This document shows positions 1 through 8,649 of a DNA stretch of 48,062 nt, one piece after another; position 1 is the first letter of the stretch; each line of letters starts with the position of its first letter. A program made the position numbers and the translations under genes. Source of the stretch: a virus (lineage: Duplodnaviria > Caudoviricetes); IMG/VR virus record IMGVR_UViG_3300048881_000104, positions 1-48,062 of that record, one strand, 5' to 3'. The notes beneath the pieces are model-generated. The model had not been told where the DNA came from. It was given only the letters and a program-made list of their open reading frames with translations, and searched no databases.

Positions 1-306
1 GCTGCTGATATAATCGCTACTTCTGATATTCGGCTTAAGAATGTGATTGGTGGTGTAACCAATGCACTTTCCACGGTCAATAAACTAAATGCTATTCGAT
101 TTACTTGGAAAGATAATGAAGAAGATACTAGGGAACACATTGGGTTCTCTGCTCAAGATGTTCTTGAATTGGTACCCGAAGCGGTGTATGGGAGTGAAGA
201 AACAGAGTATGCAATTTCATACGGTAAGTTGGTTCCTGTACTGGTTGAAGCTATTAAGGAATTGACCGCAGAAGTAGAAGCCCTAAAGAAGAAGATAGGG
301 GAGTAG
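1..306 (+). CDS. C-terminus of a tail fibre/spike with peptidase S74 intramolecular chaperone (5' truncated)
   Basis: Frame is open from base 1 (AADIIATSDIRLKNVIG). SDxRLK autocleavage motif, GFSAQDV..LVPEAV, YGKLVPVLVEAIKEL coiled-coil end. Confidence 0.9.
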   Translation, partial: AADIIATSDIRLKNVIGGVTNALSTVNKLNAIRFTWKDNEEDTREHIGFSAQDVLELVPEAVYGSEETEYAISYGKLVPVLVEAIKELTAEVEALKKKIGE

Positions 307-309
307 TAG

Positions 310-1245
310 ATGTCTGTTAGTCTAGCAAATGTTGGTCAAGTCCAATTGGGAAGAACTGGCAGTGTTAAACTTTCTGAGCTGAATTCATCCGATGCTACAA
401 CTAGAGTTTATACAACTGGAACAGATAATGATTTAAAACGGGTAAATAGTAATGAAGTGGCTCGCAGTAATGCTCCTTCCCCAGCCGCAAGTGGTACAGG
501 AACCCTAACCGATTGGATGGATGGTAGTGGTAATGGATATACACAATGGACCGCTGCAGATGAAACGGGGTCTAACATGAACCTTACTACAAAAACCTGT
601 CAATCTCCTACATCTTGTAAAGCTATTTTTTCATTTGATCGGCCCGTGGGATATACTAATTTTCATCAAGGCTCGGTCCAACAACAATTTTTTATAAAAC
701 AATGCCACGATCAAGCTACAACGAGTCAATGCGATGGCCCGTCTTCAGGCGAAGAAGATAACCCCCTGAACGGAACCATGTATATTGCAGGCGACGGTAC
801 GTCTCTTGATAGTGGTTACCACTCAAATTTACAGGAAAACAAATGGTATATTGGGACGGTACGAATGCAATGGAATGATGAAGTAACGCCTGGGTCATAC
901 ATTAGAGATGGAGCTAACTATACAGCTATTGCTCAAGGTAGTATGTCTAACAGTGGTTATAACAAGGTTGATGCAATTGTTTTTCAAATGCCCGCAGCAC
1001 CCGTATGTAATGGTAATGATTGTGGATTGGGAAATTCACGCATTAACGCATGTGACGATCTTGCTTTTGGTAGTAGTCAGGCATATCAAACCAATAATGG
1101 TTCATTATCTGTTGGCGATACTGTATATAGTTCAGGATGTACTTCTAATCTCACGGGGTATATTGCGTTCGGCGGCGGCTCGGGATATTCGTATTCTCTT
1201 TCGTCAGGTGTAATTCAAAATGATGCTCAAGAATGTGAGAACTAA
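310..1245 (+). CDS. Cys/Ser/Gly/Thr-rich putative virion accessory protein, likely fibre-associated
   Basis: 311-aa ORF with GGGAG SD directly after the fibre. Structural-protein composition with several paired Cys. Confidence 0.6.
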   Translation: MSVSLANVGQVQLGRTGSVKLSELNSSDATTRVYTTGTDNDLKRVNSNEVARSNAPSPAASGTGTLTDWMDGSGNGYTQWTAADETGSNMNLTTKTCQSPTSCKAIFSFDRPVGYTNFHQGSVQQQFFIKQCHDQATTSQCDGPSSGEEDNPLNGTMYIAGDGTSLDSGYHSNLQENKWYIGTVRMQWNDEVTPGSYIRDGANYTAIAQGSMSNSGYNKVDAIVFQMPAAPVCNGNDCGLGNSRINACDDLAFGSSQAYQTNNGSLSVGDTVYSSGCTSNLTGYIAFGGGSGYSYSLSSGVIQNDAQECEN

Positions 1246-1264
1246 AAATAAATAAGGTTATATA

Positions 1265-1930
1265 ATGGAGTCATATCACGAAGATATAGAAAAAATAATA
1301 ATGGAGGAGACTTCATTAATTTTAGTGGCGGTTATTGCAGAAGGGTGTATGGAACACGAAACTGGATTAGAATCACATTTGAATCCACTTCTTGACGAAA
1401 ATAAAATACCATTAAGAACATTACGGGTTTGTTTTGATGAAAATAATCTCCCGTGGCCAAGACCGATTACAGAAGCGTTATATTATTTTGTACCAAAACG
1501 GACTACTCCATTATTTTTACGAGTCGGTCAAGAAGCAGTAGATAGATTTTTTGATGATTTAGAAATAGCCACAAAAATGATGTCTGGTATGAGTTATGAA
1601 GAAGCAATTTTTGATGAGGAAGAATTAAAATTAATCAAGGAAACCGAACAGGCGTTTTCAGATGAAAACGAAGATATATCTAAATACCCATCTAAGATGA
1701 ACATGGTTAGAAATCTTGGAAGGGATTTGTGGAAGTCGGCTAAATATGTTGGTAAGCGATTACCTGTATTAGCTTCTAAAGAAATTGTTGTTGAACGATA
1801 TTCAATATGTGAACAATGCCCGAATTTAACTGAGGAGGGCAGATGTACCGAATGTGGTTGTTATATGACAAGGAAAGTTAATCTTGCCGCAGCATCCTGT
1901 CCCATAGACAAATGGGATTCCACAAATTGA
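1265..1930 (+). CDS. Possible thioredoxin-like fold fused to a C-terminal Cys-rich metal-binding domain (DUF6171-like)
   Basis: N-term ILVAVIAEGCMEH resembles a degenerate Trx site. C-term RYSICEQC..GRCTECGC..KV....SCPIDKW. Confidence 0.55.
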   Translation: MESYHEDIEKIIMEETSLILVAVIAEGCMEHETGLESHLNPLLDENKIPLRTLRVCFDENNLPWPRPITEALYYFVPKRTTPLFLRVGQEAVDRFFDDLEIATKMMSGMSYEEAIFDEEELKLIKETEQAFSDENEDISKYPSKMNMVRNLGRDLWKSAKYVGKRLPVLASKEIVVERYSICEQCPNLTEEGRCTECGCYMTRKVNLAAASCPIDKWDSTN

Positions 1931-1934
1931 GTGA

Positions 1935-1942
1935 TATTTATA
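1935..1942 (+). promoter_or_regulatory. Putative late promoter TATTTATA
   Basis: Motif 21 nt upstream of ATG 1964. It recurs before many structural genes. Confidence 0.6.
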
Positions 1943-1963
1943 GTAAACCCTAATTATACTAAT

Positions 1964-4663
1964 ATGAGACAAATAGCAATTTACGCCGGTCGGTTCCAAC
2001 CCTTTCATAAAGGGCACGATTCTGCGTACAAACAATTGGTTGATAAGTTCGGAGAGGAAAACGTATATGTTGCTACTTCCGAACCCAAGGAAACTTCTGC
2101 AAGAAATCCATTTAAGTTTGGTGAAAAGAAACAGCTTATGACTGCTATGTTTGATATTCCATCAGAACGGGTGGTTAAGGTCAAGAATCCATACAAACCA
2201 CAGGAGATCCTTTCCAAGTTCGATCCAGAAAAGACCGCTTTTATAACGGCAGTCGGTGAAAAGGACGGAGAGAGGTTGGCTCATGGTAAATATTTCCAAA
2301 AATATGACGCTGATGATGAATTGTCACCATATTTAGATCGTGGATACTTTGTAACTGTTCCTAATTTCAAGGTAGACGATGATGTAATGTCTGCTACGAA
2401 GATTAGAGATATAATGGGGAACCCCGCAATCTCTACTGAAGACAAAATTGACTTTTTTAAGAGACTATATGGGAAATTTGACCCAAAACTCTTCCGTATG
2501 ATGAGAGATACCATACAAACGCGGTCCGCAGAGCCTGCAAAAACAGATGAGCCGAAGAAAAGAGGTCGTGTTGACCCATCAGTTCTTAAGAAACGGGTCA
2601 CAAATCCCCAAACTAGAAGGGATATCTTGGTTAAAACCGCTCTACAGTACAACAAAGACCACCCAGCTCACAAGTTAGCTAGAAAAATGTTCAAACGGGG
2701 CTCGATGGATGAGGTATTTGAGTCCGTAATGGTTGAAAACGCTTTGATAGACCAATACAATTCGTTAGTTGATAATTTTATTGGTAAAGCGGGAAGTGAT
2801 TTTAAAATTGAATTGGGAGATTCACAAGCAACCATAGAAGAGAAGTGTAAAGAAGCATATAAACAGGGTGTATTTTATTATCCATTGATTCATGCTCTTG
2901 GTACAGTCATGGAGGATGAAGAATTGCCTGAATTAGAAGAGGAGCCCGCTTTAGAGGAGAAAGAAACCTCTACAGCACGCGTGAGAAAGTATTATAAGAG
3001 ACATCCAGAGAGAGTTAGACGATATTTAAAGAAAACTCAAGATGATCGTGTGATAAGAAACCGTGATCGTCAAAGGGCAATTCGTAAATATGGCAAATCA
3101 AAGATGAAAAACCATGATGTTCATCATCCAAAGGGTGTTAATGGGGGCAAGTGGGTTTTGGCCAAGAAAGATCATGGTAGGGACAGAAAGAACCCAAAAA
3201 GTAAGTTAAAGAATGAAGTTTTTCTTGTAGAAGGTGGGGCCGCTGGTCACATGATGCACCCATATGAAGATGTGGACTTGACATTTGATGATTATAAAGA
3301 GATTATTGATCAAGGTCTTCTAGGTTCAATGGGCGAGGAGAAGCCTGTTACAGAAAAACTAGATGGACAAAATATAGCCTTTTCTGTTGTTGATAATGAA
3401 ATTAGATTCGCTAGAAATAAGGGACATGTGAAAAATGGCGGTGATAGGGCCTTGACAGTTAAGGGAATGATGGATAAATTTAAGGATAGAGGCGGACTTG
3501 AACGTGCATTTGTAGGAGCGGCTAGAGATCTTGAAACAGCTATCAAAGTTTTACCAGATAAACAAGTTAAAGAGATGTTTGGTAATGGAACTAAATTTAT
3601 GTCAGTAGAAATCATTTTACCCGATTCTACAAACGTTATTCCTTATGATAAAAACGTTCTTGTTTTCCACGGTACCATTGAATACGATAAAGATGGAAAG
3701 CCAGTAGCTTCAAGTCAGGACGATGCAAAGACATTTAGTGATCAGATTTTGAAAGTTGGTCAACAAAAACAAAAGTTATTCGGATTACAGGGACCAAAGG
3801 TAATTACGTTTAATAAAAAAGATATTAAAAAGATGGGAGCGAAGACAAAAGAATTCCATAGAGAAATTGATAGACTTAAAAATGAATTTGGTTTAAAAGA
3901 TAATGATCTGGTTCGGGACTATTATGCTAAATGGTGGGAACGTGAGGTCAAAAAGGAATTGGACCAAAAAGGATTAACAGCAGATGACGATACTATGGAA
4001 GGATTGATTAATCGTTTTGCTTTTGATGACAAGACAATGCAATTAAAAGATATTAGAGATCCTGAAATTAGAAAATGGACATCTGATTATCAGAAGACTA
4101 GATTGCGTGATGTTAAAAAGGTTGCACAAAATCCATTTGAGATGGTATTCTTGAAGGTGGGTGCTACTTCTTTGGAACGAATAAAAGACTTCTTAGCATC
4201 GAACAATCCGGGCGCAATTGATCAGATTAAAAAAGAACTGAAGACAGCAATGAATTCGGTAAGAGCAGAAGATGTAAGTGATAGAGCAGAAAAATTAAGA
4301 AAGGAATTCGACAGACTACAACAGGTTGGTTTAGATAAGTTGGTACCATCGGAAGGAATTGTGTTCATATATAAAGGACAACCCTATAAGTTTACAGGGA
4401 CATTTGCCCCATTGAACCAGATTCTAGGTACATTTAAGTTTGGTGGTAAGCCAGAGGGAGAACCCGATGTTGGAGCGCCTGGAGCGCCTTCTGGAGCACC
4501 GGACCCCGAAAAAGATAAGGATTTCATAAAGAAATACTATAGTGATCGGGTTAGAAATCCAATGACGGGTAAGGACATCACAGTTCAGTCTGCATTAACT
4601 TATGACAAGACACATCCGGCATATAGAGTAGCAATTAGATATTTATCAAGTAAAATGGGATAA
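1964..4663 (+). CDS. Multidomain protein: HIGH-family (cytidylyltransferase-like) nucleotidyltransferase, HNH-like module, RNA-ligase-like nucleotidyltransferase (DUF6267-like)
   Basis: YAGRFQPFHKGH, RNPF and MSATKIR (HIGH family); HDVHH; TEKLDGQN, ARNKG, SVEII, SEGIVF, YKFTG (ligase motifs). ATG 1964 preferred over GTG 1931 because the promoter motif lies between them. Confidence 0.8.
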   Translation: MRQIAIYAGRFQPFHKGHDSAYKQLVDKFGEENVYVATSEPKETSARNPFKFGEKKQLMTAMFDIPSERVVKVKNPYKPQEILSKFDPEKTAFITAVGEKDGERLAHGKYFQKYDADDELSPYLDRGYFVTVPNFKVDDDVMSATKIRDIMGNPAISTEDKIDFFKRLYGKFDPKLFRMMRDTIQTRSAEPAKTDEPKKRGRVDPSVLKKRVTNPQTRRDILVKTALQYNKDHPAHKLARKMFKRGSMDEVFESVMVENALIDQYNSLVDNFIGKAGSDFKIELGDSQATIEEKCKEAYKQGVFYYPLIHALGTVMEDEELPELEEEPALEEKETSTARVRKYYKRHPERVRRYLKKTQDDRVIRNRDRQRAIRKYGKSKMKNHDVHHPKGVNGGKWVLAKKDHGRDRKNPKSKLKNEVFLVEGGAAGHMMHPYEDVDLTFDDYKEIIDQGLLGSMGEEKPVTEKLDGQNIAFSVVDNEIRFARNKGHVKNGGDRALTVKGMMDKFKDRGGLERAFVGAARDLETAIKVLPDKQVKEMFGNGTKFMSVEIILPDSTNVIPYDKNVLVFHGTIEYDKDGKPVASSQDDAKTFSDQILKVGQQKQKLFGLQGPKVITFNKKDIKKMGAKTKEFHREIDRLKNEFGLKDNDLVRDYYAKWWEREVKKELDQKGLTADDDTMEGLINRFAFDDKTMQLKDIRDPEIRKWTSDYQKTRLRDVKKVAQNPFEMVFLKVGATSLERIKDFLASNNPGAIDQIKKELKTAMNSVRAEDVSDRAEKLRKEFDRLQQVGLDKLVPSEGIVFIYKGQPYKFTGTFAPLNQILGTFKFGGKPEGEPDVGAPGAPSGAPDPEKDKDFIKKYYSDRVRNPMTGKDITVQSALTYDKTHPAYRVAIRYLSSKMG

Positions 4664-4667
4664 GGTT

Positions 4668-5291
4668 ATGAAGAAAAAAGAATTTAAAGAAGTTCAAAAG
4701 AAAATTAGTGATCAAATGAATAGGTATGCTGATAAGATTATCGTTAGCCAGTATACAGGTCAAAAGGAACCTAACAGAAAAGAAGGTGAGGTTTGGCATG
4801 ATAATGAAGGAAAGAAGTGGACACTTAAGAGGGGAATAAAACAATCTATAAGTCCCCTTCAAGATGCAAAAACTCCGTGGTGGTGTCCTGTATGTGAAAA
4901 AAGTATGACTCCTTTGGATGCTAATACATTTAGAGCCACTACTAAATGTTATGACTGTGTGGCTAAAGAAGAAAGTAGATTGAAGATGGATGGTCTGTGG
5001 GACGAGCACAGGGAAAAGAAAATTTTAGAAAATCAAATTGATTGGTTGAAAGACAGAATTGTAGAATTAACTCATTATCACGATACTCTTTCAAGTCCTG
5101 AATTTCAACATTTTGATCACGATACAGGAATGGTGTTACAGGTAGATAAGTATACAATACCTATTGATACAGTTAAGAAGGATATTAGGTCAGAAGTAGT
5201 TGGTATGAATAAATCGTTGAAAGAGAAAGAAAAAGAGTACAAAGAGAACTATGGAGAGGCACATGGGGTTGTTACAACTACTCAAAACTAA
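4668..5291 (+). CDS. Hypothetical phage protein with Zn-ribbon
   Basis: CPVC...CYDC. Preceded by TATTTATC at 4640-4647. Confidence 0.7.
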   Translation: MKKKEFKEVQKKISDQMNRYADKIIVSQYTGQKEPNRKEGEVWHDNEGKKWTLKRGIKQSISPLQDAKTPWWCPVCEKSMTPLDANTFRATTKCYDCVAKEESRLKMDGLWDEHREKKILENQIDWLKDRIVELTHYHDTLSSPEFQHFDHDTGMVLQVDKYTIPIDTVKKDIRSEVVGMNKSLKEKEKEYKENYGEAHGVVTTTQN

Positions 5292-5919
5292 TGTAAAGCT
5301 TGTTATAGCTGTTTTAATAACTGCTTCTGTTGCTGGATATATAACCTCTTGGACAAAACAGTCTCAGATGGATCAGTATATTGAAGAATATGAACAGTTT
5401 GAAGAAGATGCTGCGGTTGCAAGGGAGTTCGCAGACAGTCTTCAAGAGGAATTGGTCGAAAATGAACTTGAAGTTCAAGAATTACAAGATAGTATGGTGG
5501 TAATTGTTTCTACCTTAAATATTAGTAAAGACAGAATTGCAGAGTTGGATAGAGAAAAGCAAGAATTAAAAGCTCAAGTAACAGATAGTATTTTAGAAGA
5601 AACACCACAAGAAGTTAGAGAGTATATCGCGGTGGTGGAAGAAGAGAATGAAGAGTTAAAGGTTGCTCTTAGTGCTGCTGATATGCTACGACAGAATTTA
5701 GAAGGACAAGTTGCACTATTAACAATGTCTTTGGATACTCAAACATTAAGAGCAGATTCTTTGTATACTATTGTTATGAATATCCCAGAGGCTCCGTCTA
5801 ATCCAAATAAAGTTTTTGGGTTTATTCCAAAACCATCACGAATGCAATCCTTTTTCATTGGAGCCGCACTAGCAACCGTAGCGGCCTGGAAAATTTCTGA
5901 AAGCTTACACATCCATTAA
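5263..5919 (+). CDS. Membrane-anchored coiled-coil protein (spanin-like architecture, function unproven)
   Basis: N-terminal hydrophobic helix LVIAVLITASVAGYI, long acidic coiled coil, C-terminal hydrophobic FFIGAALATVAAW. GGAGAGG SD favours ATG 5263. Confidence 0.55.
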   Translation: MGLLQLLKTNVKLVIAVLITASVAGYITSWTKQSQMDQYIEEYEQFEEDAAVAREFADSLQEELVENELEVQELQDSMVVIVSTLNISKDRIAELDREKQELKAQVTDSILEETPQEVREYIAVVEEENEELKVALSAADMLRQNLEGQVALLTMSLDTQTLRADSLYTIVMNIPEAPSNPNKVFGFIPKPSRMQSFFIGAALATVAAWKISESLHIH

Positions 5920-5922
5920 GTT

Positions 5923-7503
5923 ATGACTGATAATCTAAAAGATATTATTAAAAAAGAATATCTAAAATGTGCGTTGGATTGTGAATATTTCCTAAGAAAG
6001 TATTCTTATATTCAAGTACCCAATAAGGGCCGCCAACTTTTTGATTTATATGATTATCAAGCGGAAGCCCTTGGTGCATTTCGAGATTACAAGTATAACA
6101 TTCTTTTAAAGGGTAGACAGATAGGTATTTCCACCTTAGTGGCTGGGTATGCTTTGTGGAGAATGTTATTTAAACGAGATGAACAAATCTTAGTCATCGC
6201 TATTAAACAGGAAGTTGCAAAAAATCTCGTAACTAAAGTTAAATTTATGCACCAATTACTTCCCGTTTGGTTGAGGGGAGATCTTGTAGAGGATAATAAA
6301 CTTACTCTTAGATTTGGTAATGGTTCGACCATTAAAGCAACTGCAACCCGTGAATCCGCTGGTCGTTCTGAAGCTCTTTCGTTATTGATTATTGATGAGG
6401 CTGCGTTTATTGATGGCGCAGATGAAATCTGGACTTCTTCTCAAGCAACCCTGTCAACCACAGGTGGTTCAGCCATTTTGGTTTCAACTGCTAACGGTGT
6501 TGGTAATTTCTTCCACAAGACATGGACAGATTCAGAATCGGGAGACAACGATTTTAATAGAACCTTGTTAGATTGGAGAGTACAACCAGATAGAGACGAT
6601 GATTGGGCCGCTGAACAATTACGTCAAATGGGAGAACTTAGATTTGCTCAAGAACATGGTGCATCGTTTATTTTCTCTGGAAATACTGTTATATCTGCAG
6701 AAATTTTGGAGTTTTATAAACAAACCTTTGTTCAAGATCCTATAGAAGTTCGTGGATTTGATAATAATTTGTGGGTATGGCAACAACCAGATTATACAAA
6801 GTCGTATATTGTTGCGGCCGATGTCGCACGGGGAGATGGGGAAGATTTTTCTACATTTCATATAATTGATGTAGATGCTTCTGAACAAGTTGCAGAATAT
6901 AAGGGTAAAATAACTCCAAAAGATTTTGGTAATCTTTTAGTGGCCGCCGCAACGGAATATAATGATGCACTTATTATTCCCGATAATTCAAATATTGGTT
7001 GGACATCTATCCAACAAATTATTGATCGTGGATATGATAATTTATTTTATATGAGCAAAGATTTACAGTATGTAGATACTATGCATCAAATGACGAGTAA
7101 ATATAATTCAGAAGAAAAACAAATGGTTCCTGGCTTTACAATTTCTCAAAAAACAAGACCCCTATTGATTGCTAAATTAGAATCATATATGAGAGAACAG
7201 TCAATTACAATTCGTTCATCTAGAATGATGACAGAATTAGATACATTTATTTGGAAAAATGGAAAAGCAGAAGCTTTGGGTGGATATAATGATGATTTAA
7301 CCTTGGCGTTAGCAATTGGATTGTGGGTAAGAGATACTGCTTTACGATTAAGATTAGAAGGAATAGAATTAAATAAACAAATGTTAAATAATATTTCTGG
7401 TAAGTACACACAAGCCGTATTCACTCCAGATGCTCAGAAAGAAGATTCTTGGAAACTTGATGTTGGGGACGAAAAAGAAGATTTAAGATGGTTACTGGGA
7501 TAA
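5923..7503 (+). CDS. terL: Terminase large subunit (T4 gp17-like)
   Basis: Walker A KGRQIGIST, Walker B LLIIDEAAF, STANG, RNase H-like ADVARGDGEDFS and NDDL. Confidence 0.95.
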   Translation: MTDNLKDIIKKEYLKCALDCEYFLRKYSYIQVPNKGRQLFDLYDYQAEALGAFRDYKYNILLKGRQIGISTLVAGYALWRMLFKRDEQILVIAIKQEVAKNLVTKVKFMHQLLPVWLRGDLVEDNKLTLRFGNGSTIKATATRESAGRSEALSLLIIDEAAFIDGADEIWTSSQATLSTTGGSAILVSTANGVGNFFHKTWTDSESGDNDFNRTLLDWRVQPDRDDDWAAEQLRQMGELRFAQEHGASFIFSGNTVISAEILEFYKQTFVQDPIEVRGFDNNLWVWQQPDYTKSYIVAADVARGDGEDFSTFHIIDVDASEQVAEYKGKITPKDFGNLLVAAATEYNDALIIPDNSNIGWTSIQQIIDRGYDNLFYMSKDLQYVDTMHQMTSKYNSEEKQMVPGFTISQKTRPLLIAKLESYMREQSITIRSSRMMTELDTFIWKNGKAEALGGYNDDLTLALAIGLWVRDTALRLRLEGIELNKQMLNNISGKYTQAVFTPDAQKEDSWKLDVGDEKEDLRWLLG

Positions 7504-7560
7504 TAATACTACTTATACTATAGAATGAGTTTTTAGACATAATAGACACAGGCATTAGAC

Positions 7561-7788
7561 ATGGACAAAGATACTTTAATTTCGATTATTCGTGAAGAGA
7601 TTGAAAATGTTCTTCAAGAAAGATCAATGACTGACGATGAAATAGAAGATAGAGAAGAAATCGTCAAGAATTTGAAAAAGAAAGCAAAAGATCTCAAAAA
7701 GAGATATGGTGATGATTGGAAGACTGTTATGTATAAGATCGCAACATCAACCGCAATGGGCGATACGCCCGATGATAGGGACAAATAA
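7561..7788 (+). CDS. Small hypothetical protein, probable prohead core/internal protein
   Basis: IIREEI..VLQE leader, located in the head module. Confidence 0.6.
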   Translation: MDKDTLISIIREEIENVLQERSMTDDEIEDREEIVKNLKKKAKDLKKRYGDDWKTVMYKIATSTAMGDTPDDRDK

Positions 7789-7790
7789 AA

Positions 7791-8270
7791 ATGCCACATA
7801 TTAGATTAATGGGATTAGTTGATCTTCCCGCGTTTAATTCACTTAATGATAAAGATAAAGAATCATATGCTCGCCGTGGGTGTGAGGGATTTTCCAAGTC
7901 TGGATTAGATTGGTCGCCAACGCCGGATACTGATGATCATAAAGAGGGATCAGAACTTGCTACAGATAGAGCTGATGATATTCAAGCGGAAGAGACGGAA
8001 TCTACAGAAGCTATTATAGAGGGTATGTATGAAGAGGAAGAGGGGGTTGACAATCAGCCCTTAAAGTCTTATATTATGTCTATACATAAATTAGCAACAG
8101 AGCTTTATGAAATGTTAGATGATACAGACGATCCCGAAGAGTGGGTTATGGGAAGAATTAAAGAAGCCTCTTCCGCATTGAGTTCCATTCATGGTCATGT
8201 TTCTTATGCAAAGAAAAAGTCGGAATCATTGGGTGAATTAACAGATAAACAAGAGGGACAGGGTTATTAG
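7791..8270 (+). CDS. Acidic hypothetical protein, probable internal head protein
   Basis: Acidic linker then a helical-hairpin domain (ELYEMLDDTDDPEEWV). Located in the head module. Confidence 0.55.
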   Translation: MPHIRLMGLVDLPAFNSLNDKDKESYARRGCEGFSKSGLDWSPTPDTDDHKEGSELATDRADDIQAEETESTEAIIEGMYEEEEGVDNQPLKSYIMSIHKLATELYEMLDDTDDPEEWVMGRIKEASSALSSIHGHVSYAKKKSESLGELTDKQEGQGY

Positions 8271-8275
8271 AAGTT

Positions 8276-8638
8276 ATGGTAAATGAATTGGTTTCAATTT
8301 TATTTGAAAGTAGGTTACAGTCTCACGTTTTTCATTTAGTTACTGATAATTACGCGAGACACAAAGCATATCAAGAATATTATGAAAATATTGTTCCATT
8401 AGTTGACTCACTTGCTGAGGCTACAGCCGCATCAAACAGTCAGTTGATGGAATATTTTAAAGAGTATAGGATCGAAAATCAAGAAGAGCTTTCGGTTCTG
8501 TATTTTCAGTCGCTACAACTAAAGGTTATGGAAAAAATGGAAATAGAAATGTTTGATTATCCTGCTTGCAGGACTATTATAGAGGAAATTTTAAAATTGA
8601 TTAATTCTACGCTATATAAGCTAGAGTTCTTATCGTAG
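8276..8638 (+). CDS. Ferritin/Dps-like four-helix protein (DUF5856-like)
   Basis: QSHVFHL..NYARHKAYQEYYE....VDSLAE resembles the Dps H/H/D/E pattern. Ends TLYKLEFLS. Confidence 0.7.
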   Translation: MVNELVSILFESRLQSHVFHLVTDNYARHKAYQEYYENIVPLVDSLAEATAASNSQLMEYFKEYRIENQEELSVLYFQSLQLKVMEKMEIEMFDYPACRTIIEEILKLINSTLYKLEFLS

Positions 8639-8649
8639 TGGAGTAGATT

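Noticed and set aside
4472-4500. GGAGCGCCT direct repeats
   Set aside because: They encode a short GAP linker and show no independent element.
7533-7562. Three TAGACA copies upstream of ORF 7561
   Set aside because: Short, unevenly spaced and not seen as a cluster elsewhere; could be chance.
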